Shown here in pieces: positions 9,580 to 19,338 of a stretch of DNA of 64,000 nucleotides. Below the pieces are notes generated by a model, which worked only from the letters and a program-made list of their open reading frames with translations, was not told the origin of the DNA and made no database searches. The number at the start of each line of letters is the position of its first letter. Position 1 is the stretch's first letter. Source of the DNA: Bacillota bacterium (lineage in GTDB: Bacteria > Bacillota > Ch66 > Ch109). A program made the position numbers and the translations under genes. The stretch spans positions 4,807 through 68,806 of the forward strand of contig JBMNLH010000003.1 in NCBI GenBank assembly GCA_050952625.1. The letters are read 5' to 3'.

Positions 9580-10209
9580 GTGTTAGCTGCCAATGGTAAT
9601 TGGGAAAACGTTCAGTGGCATGTCCAGCAATTACATGAACATGCGCACGATTTTTTAGTCGGGATTGACGGTGGGGCTGAGCATCTCTGCCGATTGGGCC
9701 GAGTGCCGGATCTGGTGGTCGGTGATTTGGATTCTTTGGCTCCAGCGATGGTCCGAGAATTAAAAACCGCCGGCTGCGAATTCATCGTTTACCCGGCGGA
9801 AAAGGACCTGACCGATACCCAAATTGCCCTGGAGTTGGTTAAACAGCGCGGTTTTCAGGATATTCTGCTCCTGGGGGCACTGGGTGACCGGCTTGACCAT
9901 TTGCTGTCTAATCTGTTTTCGCTGGTCCCTCTGGTACAAGCTGGGCTGCGTATCAAGCTGGCGAGTCCCGAACATTGTCTCTGGCTGGTCCCCAATGAAG
10001 TGACGATAAACAGCAGGCCCGGTCAGGTGGTATCCTTACTGGCTTTAACTTCGGTAGCCGGAGTGACCACCACTGGTTTAAAGTATCCGCTGCACGACGC
10101 CAATCTCGAACCTTTTCACCCTTATGCGGTTTCCAATGAAATGGTGGGAAACCAGGCCAAGGTAAGCTGGGGCCAAGGGGTGTTGCTGGTTTATCTGCCA
10201 GAAGGTTAA
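9580..10209 (+). CDS. thiN: Thiamine pyrophosphokinase
   Basis: 209 aa with GIDGGA, VVGDLDS, EKDLTD and GALGDRLDH motifs of TPK. The GTG start is uncertain (see finding). Confidence 0.8.
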   Translation: MLAANGNWENVQWHVQQLHEHAHDFLVGIDGGAEHLCRLGRVPDLVVGDLDSLAPAMVRELKTAGCEFIVYPAEKDLTDTQIALELVKQRGFQDILLLGALGDRLDHLLSNLFSLVPLVQAGLRIKLASPEHCLWLVPNEVTINSRPGQVVSLLALTSVAGVTTTGLKYPLHDANLEPFHPYAVSNEMVGNQAKVSWGQGVLLVYLPEG

Positions 10210-10234
10210 CTCTGATATTCTTAACATAAATAAA

Positions 10235-11941
10235 CCTGAATCCGTGGCACGAAAACTTAAAAGCACTCGATAATTGAAGCATAATAGAGTATAATAAAGA
10301 TTAGATGAGATAAACATATTCCGAATAATTCACCCGAGGTGTCTGTGATGCGATTCATTATCGAGCGTTCTGATGAGATACTTACCCCGATTGCAGGACT
10401 TAGTTTGGTTGGTCACTTGATGAACAAAACTTCACTTAAAAAACGACTATCCAATACGAATGTACCCGGATGCATAAAACCTGAAATCAGTCATTTCAAT
10501 ATAGTGTCTTCCTATGTGGGACTGTTATGCCACGGGAAAAATGACTTTGACCATATTGAAGCGTATCGTGATGATGATTTCTTTGCTTATGCCATGGGCA
10601 TTGATACTGTACCTTCCAGCCCTACCTTAAGGCAACGTTTGGACCAGGCAGCTCCAACATCAGGATGGGATAAAATTATTATGGAAGAATCTGTGGATTT
10701 ACTCAATAAAGTTGGGGCTCCCCTCACTCCTATTACACTTGGAAATGGTCAAAACAAGCGTTGTTATTTGCCGTTGGATGTTGACGTTTCACCATTTGAC
10801 AACTCAAAAACCAAGAAAGAGGGATCCTCACGAACCTACAAGGGCTTTGATGGTTTTGCTCCGATTTTCGCCTACCTAGGTCAGGAAGGTTATTTAGTCA
10901 ATCTTGAATTCCGAGAAGGGAAGGATCACTGTCAAAACGGTACAGCTGTCTTTTTAAAAAATAGCATTCAGTACGCCAATAGGGTGAGTTCCCTTCCTCT
11001 TTTAGTCAGAATGGATTCGGGTAATGATAGCATCGAAAATATAATGATGTTCGAAAATTCACAGACTAAAACCGACTACATAATCAAACGGAATCTCCGA
11101 AAAGAAAAAACCCGAAGAATGGCTTAAAACTGCTCAAAAACATGGCGATAAACAGACCCCACGCGAAGGAAAAACCGTGTATACTGGCAGCATTTACCGA
11201 AAGAATAGTATGCTTGATAAAGAAATCCGTATAGTTTTTCAAGTAGTTGAAAGAACCATCTTGAGTAATGGGCAGACACTCTTACTACCCGAAATTGAAG
11301 TAGATACCTACTGGACATCATTGCCGGATCCCGAAAAAGATATCATAAGGCTCTACCATGAACATGGAACTTCCGAACAGTTTCATAGTGAACTGAAGAC
11401 AGATCTTGACCTGGAACGGTTACCTAGTGGTAAGTTTGCTACCAATAACCTAGTACTGCATCTAGCTGCTTTAGCCTATAACATATTGCGAATTCTGGGT
11501 CAAATGACAGTTAAGTTGCCTGATCAGATGGTTCCACTACGGAAAAAAGCTCAAAGACGTAGAATCAGAACGGTTATCCAAAACCTAATAACAATGGCTG
11601 CCCATATAGTAAAACATTCCCGCCAGGTGAAACTACGTTTTGGAAAACAGTGCGCATGGTGGTCGGTTTTTAATAACATAAATGCTGCTTTAACTTAGGC
11701 AGATACTCACAACCGTATATCGTATATATAGGCTAACGTATAGCACTTGAAAAAAATCAGGGGTTTAAATATTTATTGCTTTTTTAGGGAAAATTATTTG
11801 GGTCAAGTGATAGTGAAAAAAACTTGTAAAATTATAATTGTTATGTTTGAAACTAAAAGTCATATATTAGCGAATTGATCGCATGAATATCTGATTTGGG
11901 GAAAATTTAAACAAGTTTTTTTCGTGTGCCACGGATTCAGG
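10235..11941 (+). mobile_element. IS1380-family insertion sequence (1707 bp)
   Basis: 16-bp perfect terminal inverted repeats CCTGAATCCGTGGCAC (10235-10250 and reverse complement of 11926-11941). Flanked by a 5-bp direct repeat ATAAA (10230-10234 and 11942-11946). Encloses the transposase reading frames. Confidence 0.85.
10339..11698 (+). pseudogene. IS1380-family DDE transposase, split by a frameshift
   Basis: ORFs 10339..11127 and 11177..11698 together give about 435 aa. Motifs LTPIAGLSL, LPLDVDVSP, KGFDGFAPIFAYLGQEGYL, REGKDHCQNG and YHEHGTSEQFHSELKTDLDLERLPSGKFATNN. The frame changes at the A-run 11101-11110. Confidence 0.75.
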
Positions 11942-11946
11942 ATAAA

Positions 11947-11982
11947 GTTAACCCCCACTTCTATATCGGTGGGGGTTTAACG
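11947..11982 (-). repeat. RE-A partial copy (hairpin 1 only)
   Basis: GTTAACCCCCACTTCTATATCGGTGGGGGTTTAACG, the same hairpin as in the full RE-A copies. Probably the original thiN terminator. Confidence 0.6.
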
Positions 11983-12033
11983 TCAAGTTGGCTTCCTTCA
12001 CTTGGAGGCCTACAGTTCTACATTTGTAAACGC

Positions 12034-13824
12034 TTAGATCTTAAACCGACTGATTAGATTGCGCAAAGTTTGCGAAAGGTTATTCAAGTCTTCCGAACTG
12101 GCAGTCAGTTTATTCACTATGTCTTCTTGTTCGTGGGTTGACTCAAAGACTTCGTCAATCACCGCAGTTGCTTTTTCTGACGAAGCAGCTATCTCGACCA
12201 ACGACTCTCTCACTGACTTACTGAAGTTAGTCTGATTTTGAATCATCTGGTTCATATTCTGCGAAAACTCAACAAAAGTTTGAAGTCTCCCGATCACATT
12301 GTCCAGATTAGTCTGCGTTTCTTTAATCGCTTCTAGCTGATTGATAGTGTCTTGGACATCCATGTTCATAGCACTGATGGTTTCATTGGTTTCAGTCTTA
12401 ATATCCTGGGTTAGTTTTTCTATCTTATCTACAATATTCGAGGTTTCGCCGGCAAGTTTTCTGATCTCATCTGCCACCACCGCAAATCCTCGTCCTGATT
12501 CCCCAGCCCGGGCCGCTTCGATACTGGCATTTAAGGCCAATAGATTAGTCTGCCCGGAAATATTGCGAATCAGATCTAAAGTGTTTTCAATTTGTTTCGT
12601 CTGATCCTCCAGTTTATTAATGGCTGACACCGCAAAAGTAACCAGGTTAGTTACTTTATCTAGCTGAGCGACTGAAGTTTCTATGATCTCTTGGGTACTC
12701 TGAACCACTTCTACACACTGGACCGTTTTTTCCACGTTTTCACCAGATGCGCTCGATATTTTTTGCATCTCGTTATCCAATGAGCCCATATTGGTGTAAA
12801 CATTGTTTAAGGTGCTGCTTTGAATCCGCATATCCTCCTGAACATTTGTCACCTGTTTAATAATATTATTGGAGGTTAGCAAGATATCATGACTGATCTC
12901 CGATAAATTAGTTGAAGTTTCTTCCAGCTTATAGATATCGGAGTCGATTGAGGAGATCATTTTTTTGATTCCTTGGGTCGAGGCATTTATTTCATTTATT
13001 AGATCCCCAATTTCATTGTTAGCCGCTACTTCAATGTTTCTAGTCAGATCCCCCTGGGCCAAAGCCTGAGAAGACTGTATTCCCAGTTCAATAGATTTGA
13101 GGTTTTTGCGCGTAAACCGGGCGACGACCGCCACCCCGATCAACACCAAAACAAACCCAATCACTATAGACAGATAAAATTTGCGTTGCATTTCCGCAAT
13201 TTGGATATTAATCGTCTCCATTAACTCATTAGACCAAATGTAACCAATTACCTCTCCATCTCGAATAATCGGGGACATACAGTTCATTATCTCTCCCCGG
13301 ACCAGATTAGCTGTCTGCACGATTTGCTGTCCAGTGGCCAATACCTTTCTTCCCATGTGTTCATCGTTTATTGATTGTCCCACTGTGTCTCCCATTTCCT
13401 GGCTAGGCCCATATGTAATAATGCCATCTAATTCTTTAGCGTAGTACCCAATCCCTAACCCGGGGGATGAATTGGCCACAAAATCAGTTATCTCGACTAA
13501 TTCCTCATTTAAAGCCTTAATCTTTTCTTCGCGGCTGGCGTTTTGTAATCCTTTTTCAATTATCATCTGATCAAAGGTTTTCTCGAGTGCTAGATCCAAC
13601 TGTTTAGTGTAAGAAAAAAGCTTGGCCTGCTTTTCATTTATTAACGCATTCTGGGCATTTTGCATTAAAACATAACCGGTAACGCTTAAAATCGACATCA
13701 TGATTAAAGCAACTGCAATCAATAGCATATTGAATTGAAAACTTAACTTATTTCGATTTTGCCACAGTCCCTTAATCCCTTTGAGCTTCAACATGAAAAA
13801 CCTTCCTTTCTCCTGGTGCGTCAA
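12034..13824 (-). CDS. Methyl-accepting chemotaxis protein (periplasmic sensor + HAMP + MA domain)
   Basis: 596 aa with two TM segments flanking a sensor domain. Conserved signalling hairpin [31 protein letters not shown]. Confidence 0.9.
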   Translation of the reverse strand: MTHQEKGRFFMLKLKGIKGLWQNRNKLSFQFNMLLIAVALIMMSILSVTGYVLMQNAQNALINEKQAKLFSYTKQLDLALEKTFDQMIIEKGLQNASREEKIKALNEELVEITDFVANSSPGLGIGYYAKELDGIITYGPSQEMGDTVGQSINDEHMGRKVLATGQQIVQTANLVRGEIMNCMSPIIRDGEVIGYIWSNELMETINIQIAEMQRKFYLSIVIGFVLVLIGVAVVARFTRKNLKSIELGIQSSQALAQGDLTRNIEVAANNEIGDLINEINASTQGIKKMISSIDSDIYKLEETSTNLSEISHDILLTSNNIIKQVTNVQEDMRIQSSTLNNVYTNMGSLDNEMQKISSASGENVEKTVQCVEVVQSTQEIIETSVAQLDKVTNLVTFAVSAINKLEDQTKQIENTLDLIRNISGQTNLLALNASIEAARAGESGRGFAVVADEIRKLAGETSNIVDKIEKLTQDIKTETNETISAMNMDVQDTINQLEAIKETQTNLDNVIGRLQTFVEFSQNMNQMIQNQTNFSKSVRESLVEIAASSEKATAVIDEVFESTHEQEDIVNKLTASSEDLNNLSQTLRNLISRFKI

Positions 13825-13929
13825 GGCTTAATGTATTGAAAAATTTATCTAAAAGGTTCTATGGCCCCCTTTCTGATACAATCTTTAATCCTTTCTTTGT
13901 TTCAATTCAGCATAAAGCTCACTTTTATT

Positions 13930-14037
13930 TGAATCAAATGACTCCCTCTTCGATAAGAGGGGGTAACTTATTTAAAACTTCTGGTGGAGCAGAGTCTCCT
14001 TCTGAAGTTGATGTTCAGTGAATCTGAACAAGTTCAC
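13930..14037 (+). repeat. RE-A full copy (three-hairpin intergenic element)
   Basis: TGAATCAAATGACTCCCTCTTCGATAAGAGGGGGTAAC..CTTCTGGTGGAGCAGAGTCTCCTTCTGAAG..ATGTTCAGTGAATCTGAACAAGTTCAC aligns along its length with the 56558 copy. Confidence 0.8.
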
Positions 14038-14070
14038 TCCTTTATTTCGAAATTTCGCATTATTCTAAAT

Positions 14071-14098
14071 AAAAAAGGCCGCAATAATACGAGCCTTC
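14071..14098 (-). terminator. Putative riboswitch terminator
   Basis: On the minus strand, GAAGGCTCG..GCGGCCTT followed by TTTTTT. The stem is short and imperfect. Confidence 0.45.
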
Positions 14099-14124
14099 AT
14101 TTTCATGAAATCTTTGGATTTCAA

Positions 14125-14199
14125 GGCAACCCGGCTATCGTAGTATTGAAAATACCTTAGACCCGTGGCTTTGCGTAGTACCCTTTCGAGTACGTTGCC
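14125..14199 (-). ncRNA. c-di-GMP-I (GEMM-I) riboswitch aptamer
   Basis: The minus strand reads GGCAACGTACTCGAAAGGGTACTACGCAAAGCCACGGGTCTAAGG..ACGATAGCCGGGTTGCC. This matches the GEMM-I core (GGCAAAC..GAAA..ACGCAAAGCC.CGG...UAA....GGGUU.CC) as in the Vc2 aptamer. Confidence 0.85.
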
Positions 14200-14359
14200 A
14201 AATATATAATTATAATTGTCTGATGTTTCAAAAACGGCCTAAATATTCAAACCAGTATTAAATATTCATTCGACCTTTTTAACCATATTCCTCCTTAATG
14301 AATAAAATTTTTATTATTTAATTATTAGAGTCTGGCATGAGGCTACTTAAGGCTTGAGG

Positions 14360-17300
14360 CTATATGGCACTGTCTAGCTTAATCGGCCTCCCCCACTCTC
14401 GGTAGTCCTCCTGGTGAGAGAGGACCAAAATCTGTCGCTCCTCGGCCAGTCTGGTCAGAGTCCCACGCAGCTCAGCCAGTCGCTCGCGGTCAAAATTCAA
14501 GAAGGGGTCGTCAAAAACCAGGGGCAATTGATAATCCCCGGCCAATAAATCAGCAATCGCCAAACGCAGCGCGATTTGCAGCTGGTCCTGGGCTCCTTGG
14601 CTGAGCTGAGCGACCTCCACTCGCTGCTCGTCCGATTCAAGGACGCAGACCTTGAACTCTTCGTCCAAGATTACCTGCCGACCGACATTTTGCGTCATCG
14701 TTTGAAAATAATTGCTTGCAGCCGCTGCCAAGCGTTCCCGATGGGTACTATTAAAATGATCACGCGCCGTGGCTAATTCTTGGTGGGCCATAGCCAAAGC
14801 CTCGGCTTCCAGCTGCAACCGAGCACACTCTTGATCGAGCTCGGCGATCCGTTCCCGGGCCGCAGCGATGTTAATCATCTTCCGACCATAGAGACCGTTA
14901 AGTTCTTTGGTTAATTCAAAGATCTTAATGTCCAGCTCCTGCTGCTGTTTTTGCATTTTCCCCAGACTCTGCCCTAGTTGAGCATATTCTGTTTCTAGCG
15001 TTTCCCATTGATCGACTATGGCCAAACTGGGGAGTCCTGGTCTAGCGTCAACCAGACCTTGCCATTCTTGCCGCACTTGGGCCGCGGTATTGCCGGCATC
15101 AAGCACCTTCAGGGCCAGGTTGGCTAAATCGGGGACACCCCAGCCGCGTAAGAGCCCGTCCAAACTGGCGGCCAGTTCTTTACGCCGGTTTATCCGCTGT
15201 TGCCACTGCTGCCAGCGAGCTTTCGCCTGACCGGCATCACCCCCGGCAGCAGTCAAAATCACCGCTAATTGCCGGGCTAAGGCATCCCGCTTGGCTTGCT
15301 GTTCCTTAAGCTCACGGGTTTGTTCCTCCCAGCTGTTTCGTTTACTAGCGACAGCGGCTTTTTTTAGCCTTAATTCTCTTTCCGCCTCCTGGCACCTATT
15401 GGCTAATTGCTCCACTTCTGCTGGGGGAGTAGCCTCGGTGAGCGGGTAGATGGCGGCCCGCAGTTTAGCCAGAGCAGCTTCCAAAACCTGCTGTGGCCGC
15501 CGACCATCTGAGGCCGGTTTCTCTAAACTCTCCCGTTTGATCGCGCACGTCCGCAGGACTTCCTGGGCTTTCTGGCTGCACTCGACTTCCTCCGCCCATC
15601 GCTGCCAGTCATCGTCGGTCAGCGTGGCTAGCCAGGCCGCGGCTGCCCCAACGTTCTCGAGGTGCTGTTCCTGGACCGTCGCTAGGAGCTTAACTTCCGG
15701 CCATCCTTCTGTTGCCAGGGACAATGCATCAATCTGCTCCGACTTGGCTCCGAAATACTTCTGGGCCAACGTATCCAGTTGTTCTGCCAAGTCTGCTGCC
15801 TGCTCCTTCAGCCTGTACCAGCGGTGATAAAAGGCCGCTGGCTCCTCTCCCAGCCGTAAGATGGGCTGTAACCGTTGCCGAAAATCTGCCAGCTGGCTCT
15901 CAGCCGCTGCTACCCTGGCCCGATACTGGTTGAGTTGGGCGGCTGAAGGCATCTTTTCCGCTCGCTTCGACAACTCCCGTTGCCGTTCAGCCCGGCTTTT
16001 CAGCCGTTCCCGGGTAGCTGCCAATTCCGATAGGGAGCGACCGGCCAGTTGCCCCAACCGAGTGTTAATCTCAGCCAGTTCAGCCATGACCCGGTCGAGT
16101 TGTGGCTGGTACTGAGAGGGGACTTTTCTTCGCCCAATCATCCAGCCGTAGATTCCCAAAAACAGTCCCGCTCCCAGCAAAACCAGAGACAGGATCAAAT
16201 ACAGGTCCATTCCCCACCCAACTGCGCCCGCTACGGTCAGGCCCAGGCCGGCAATCATTAAGCCTTGGCCCGGCCGGCTAACCGGTTCGCTGTGGATCTT
16301 TTCGGTCAGGGCTTGTTTTTCGGTTTCCCGGGCGAGATACTCATCAATCAGTTCAATCGCTGATTCAGGTAGATCAGCCAGATCTGCGTACTGGCGCGCC
16401 AGATTTTCTTGCTCAGCCTGCAGTTCAGCCACTTGATCGGCTGCCTGGCGTTCAATCGAGCAGGCCTCAGTCAGTTGCTGTTCCAATTTGGCTTTTAAGC
16501 CAGGGTAATCCCGACAGACTGCTCGAAAGTCTGCGTCAGCCTCTTCCAGCACTCGATAATTAGACTTCAATTCCTCTTGCCGACTGGCCAGTTGCTCTTG
16601 CAGTTTTTTCAGGTCAGTGTACCGCTGGCGGGCAGCCTGCGCTGCCTGCCGGTAATAGGCTAAAGGTTTGTCCCCTAGTAACGCCCAGTTCGGCAGGCCG
16701 GCGAGAGTCTGGCGGGCTTCCGCTTCCTGCTGTTCGAGGGCAGCCAGGCTGTGTTCTAGTTCCGTCAACTGCTGCTGGATCCGGCACAGTTCCTGGTGAT
16801 CTTTGACCAGATGCGGCCGGCCGGCTCCGGCCGCCAGTTCCCCGGTCAGCCGCTGCTCCAATTCGCTAATCTCTTGTTCTAAATGTTTGATTTCCGTTTC
16901 ATTTTTCTGGAGTTCATTTTGCCGCCGGGTAAGATCGTCTTCGACCCGGATCAATTCTTCCAGCTCAGCTTCCACTTCCGGTCCGGCCTCAGAAAACTCA
17001 GGGTACACCCGGTCAATCTCCTCGGTTATTTGTTCCCGCTGGGCATTTAGCTCGTTCGCCTTTTGCTGGGCTTGGCTGAGTTTCAATTGCTCCTGCACTG
17101 CCGCGGCATAGCGGTCACGCAGGTGCCGCCAGCGGCTCCAGGCTTCAAACAGACTTTGTTTCTGGGTTAAGGCAGCGGTTATCCGCCTTTTCTCTTCCTC
17201 TTGAGCTGCTAGCTCATCCTGCAGCACCTGCTGCTGATGAACACTCGCTTCACTGTCCTTAATCGCTTGCGCCAAAGCTTCCCTTTCCCTAAGCCGGTTC

Positions 17301-17938
17301 TCCAGTTCGCGATCTTTATTCTTATCTCGTCCGGTTACACCCAATTGGCCGGTGTAACGGGTTATTTCTTCCAGCATTTTTTCGATTTTCTTTAAAGCTT
17401 GGGCTGCGCTCGTACCGGAGCCAGAGAGCAGCTGTTGCACCTGCTGATTTAACTGGGCCGGCTCCGGTAAAGGCTGGCCGATGCAAAAAGTTGACCAGAA
17501 TAAGTCTGGCGAAGCCAAGCCGATCAAATCCGCCAGGGTTTCCTCATAGGTGGCGTTGCGCCGTCGAGCCCGAGTGCGGTGCTCCCCGCCAGTTAGCAGC
17601 CGCCAGTCATTGCCCGCCTGCTGGTCCAGGGAAACCCGGTCCGTGTTGAAGTCACGGCTCACCCGGTAACGTTTTCCGTTAACGGAAAACTCGACCTCCC
17701 CCCGGAACGTCTCTGATTCCTCCCAGTTTCGGTAACGGGCTTTGCCAAATTTCGCTGGATCACTGCTATTGGGCAACCCAAAAAGAACCGCCGCCAAACC
17801 CGCCACCAGCGTGGACTTGCCCTGTTCATTAGCCGCGACTGTATGGTTTAGGCCATTCTGCAAAACAACTTCCACCCGCTGCCGGTAACAGCCAAACCCC
17901 TGTAAAACCAGCCGTTCCCAGCAAACTTGCCGACTCAC
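14360..17938 (-). CDS. yhaN: SbcC/Rad50-like AAA ATPase (YhaN-like) with central transmembrane hairpin
   Basis: 1192 aa. N-terminal Walker A (ANEQGKST), long Q/E/A/L-rich coiled coils, C-terminal signature and Walker B (LSQGAQDQLQIALRLA, LPLVFDDPFLNFD). The mid-protein hydrophobic stretch GLMIAGLGLTVAGAVGWGMDLYLILSLVLLGAGLFLGIYGWMIG is encoded at about 16127-16270. Confidence 0.85.
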   Translation of the reverse strand: MSRQVCWERLVLQGFGCYRQRVEVVLQNGLNHTVAANEQGKSTLVAGLAAVLFGLPNSSDPAKFGKARYRNWEESETFRGEVEFSVNGKRYRVSRDFNTDRVSLDQQAGNDWRLLTGGEHRTRARRRNATYEETLADLIGLASPDLFWSTFCIGQPLPEPAQLNQQVQQLLSGSGTSAAQALKKIEKMLEEITRYTGQLGVTGRDKNKDRELENRLREREALAQAIKDSEASVHQQQVLQDELAAQEEEKRRITAALTQKQSLFEAWSRWRHLRDRYAAAVQEQLKLSQAQQKANELNAQREQITEEIDRVYPEFSEAGPEVEAELEELIRVEDDLTRRQNELQKNETEIKHLEQEISELEQRLTGELAAGAGRPHLVKDHQELCRIQQQLTELEHSLAALEQQEAEARQTLAGLPNWALLGDKPLAYYRQAAQAARQRYTDLKKLQEQLASRQEELKSNYRVLEEADADFRAVCRDYPGLKAKLEQQLTEACSIERQAADQVAELQAEQENLARQYADLADLPESAIELIDEYLARETEKQALTEKIHSEPVSRPGQGLMIAGLGLTVAGAVGWGMDLYLILSLVLLGAGLFLGIYGWMIGRRKVPSQYQPQLDRVMAELAEINTRLGQLAGRSLSELAATRERLKSRAERQRELSKRAEKMPSAAQLNQYRARVAAAESQLADFRQRLQPILRLGEEPAAFYHRWYRLKEQAADLAEQLDTLAQKYFGAKSEQIDALSLATEGWPEVKLLATVQEQHLENVGAAAAWLATLTDDDWQRWAEEVECSQKAQEVLRTCAIKRESLEKPASDGRRPQQVLEAALAKLRAAIYPLTEATPPAEVEQLANRCQEAERELRLKKAAVASKRNSWEEQTRELKEQQAKRDALARQLAVILTAAGGDAGQAKARWQQWQQRINRRKELAASLDGLLRGWGVPDLANLALKVLDAGNTAAQVRQEWQGLVDARPGLPSLAIVDQWETLETEYAQLGQSLGKMQKQQQELDIKIFELTKELNGLYGRKMINIAAARERIAELDQECARLQLEAEALAMAHQELATARDHFNSTHRERLAAAASNYFQTMTQNVGRQVILDEEFKVCVLESDEQRVEVAQLSQGAQDQLQIALRLAIADLLAGDYQLPLVFDDPFLNFDRERLAELRGTLTRLAEERQILVLSHQEDYREWGRPIKLDSAI

Positions 17939-19068
17939 TCTCCCCCACCTCCCAGGGCCTTCAGGCCATGAATCAAAGCCCGACTCACCAGACGCTGCTC
18001 CCGCTCATTCTTGGCTGCGGCCAGACGTTCCCGCAGCTGGCGGATATAATAACCCCGCAGGGTGGTTTCCCGCGCCCAGGCATCCAGCAAGGCCGGGGGA
18101 TAAGTCTCGGTTAAATCCTCTACCTCCAGGTAAAAACAGGACCGGCTCAGGGCTTCTTTAATCTGCTCGGCCTGGACCTGAAAGTTGGCGGTGCCAATCA
18201 ACTGAAGGGAGACGAACGCCTCCGGCTGAATTCGCGCCCGCAGCGCGTCAAGCAGCTCTTTCAGGGATAAGTACCGGCCGATATCAATCTCCAGACGCTG
18301 AAATTCCCGCCTGGCCGGGTGGGAGAAAGCGACCTTTTCTACCTGCACCCCATCTCGGTCCAGGGTCACCACCGTTAGCTGACCACAGCCCGGATCATGC
18401 CACCCTTTGCCAATCAAATTGCCGGGATAAACCGCAATCCCCCGGGCTAACGAATGCTGGGCCGGTCGGTGGATATGCCCTAAGGCCACATAATCATAGC
18501 CGGCTTGGCCTAGGGCCTCCCCGGACAAAGGCAGGCTGCGGTCCCCGGCATCCCAGTCAAGCGAGCCATGAAAAGCGGCAATATGCCACCCTTCGGCCTC
18601 TTGTCGCGGAAACTGCTGGATCGCCGGACTAGTCTGCGTCAAACCGCCGATATAAGCCAGGGAGTAGATATGACAAGGTGTACCGTTAATTTCCCGGCTA
18701 GCCACGTGGGACGGTTGGGGCTCCCGCACCAGAATGCCGGGCCACTCTCTGAACCGCTGCCGGTAAACCGAATCCGGATAGGTAAATTCATCGTGATTGC
18801 CGGGAACAGTTACGACTGTGATCCCCCGATCAACCAGTCGTTGAAGCTGGCTCATGACAGCGGTAACCAGGGCCTGGTCCGGGGTATGGTTATCGAACAG
18901 GTCCCCCACAATCAGCACCAAATTAATCCTATTATCCGGGTCGACCGCATAATCAACGCAACCAGTGAAAATCTGATCCCGCTCCGACTGCCATTTCGCT
19001 GCCTGTGTCCCCAAAAAGTTGGGTTTCCAGCCCAGGTGCAAGTCTGCGAGATGGAGGATTTTCAGCAT
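17935..19068 (-). CDS. yhaO: SbcD/Mre11-like metallophosphoesterase (YhaO-like)
   Basis: Motifs LHLADLHLG, GDLFD, GNHD and GHIH. The ORF track extends to 19146, but MLKILHLADLHLG with an upstream GGAACGGTGG is the likelier start. Overlaps yhaN by 4 nt. Confidence 0.85.
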   Translation of the reverse strand: MLKILHLADLHLGWKPNFLGTQAAKWQSERDQIFTGCVDYAVDPDNRINLVLIVGDLFDNHTPDQALVTAVMSQLQRLVDRGITVVTVPGNHDEFTYPDSVYRQRFREWPGILVREPQPSHVASREINGTPCHIYSLAYIGGLTQTSPAIQQFPRQEAEGWHIAAFHGSLDWDAGDRSLPLSGEALGQAGYDYVALGHIHRPAQHSLARGIAVYPGNLIGKGWHDPGCGQLTVVTLDRDGVQVEKVAFSHPARREFQRLEIDIGRYLSLKELLDALRARIQPEAFVSLQLIGTANFQVQAEQIKEALSRSCFYLEVEDLTETYPPALLDAWARETTLRGYYIRQLRERLAAAKNEREQRLVSRALIHGLKALGGGGE

Positions 19069-19277
19069 AAGCCACCGTTCCTTCCGAATATTGCCAGTCA
19101 CTCTTTTGTTGCTTTTTTTGTAGTACTCATTATCTAAATCTAACATTGAGAGTAGATCTCATGCCGCCAAGCAGTACCAGGGCATAGATTCACTTAGTTT
19201 CATACGTATATTATTCTATAAAAGTATATATTCTTCCATAAATTTGAAAGTAAATAACACGTATATTGTTGTTTATG

Positions 19278-19320
19278 TTATTTTCGTTGGTGGTTGTGCC
19301 TAACAGGCATGGGCGGTTAA
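19278..19320 (-). repeat. RE-B partial copy (B1 module)
   Basis: The reverse complement reads TTAACCGCCCATGCCTGTTAGGCACAACCACCAACGAAAATAA, similar to the copies at 47265 and 58578. Confidence 0.65.
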
Positions 19321-19338
19321 TTAGCAATGAACGCCCCC

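Noticed and set aside
14246-14266. Six-codon mini-ORF (MVKKVE) with a perfect AAGGAGG RBS upstream of the c-di-GMP riboswitch on the minus strand
   Set aside because: It is too short to evaluate and could be a chance RBS-like sequence in the promoter region. No leader-peptide logic is apparent for a c-di-GMP riboswitch.
14576-17111. Several plus-strand ORFs (e.g. 15018..15230, 15450..15827, 16803..17111) inside yhaN
   Set aside because: They are antisense to a well-supported 1192-aa CDS in G/C-rich sequence. Their translations are low-complexity (Ser/Ala/Arg/Cys-rich) and lack an RBS. These are typical antisense artefacts.
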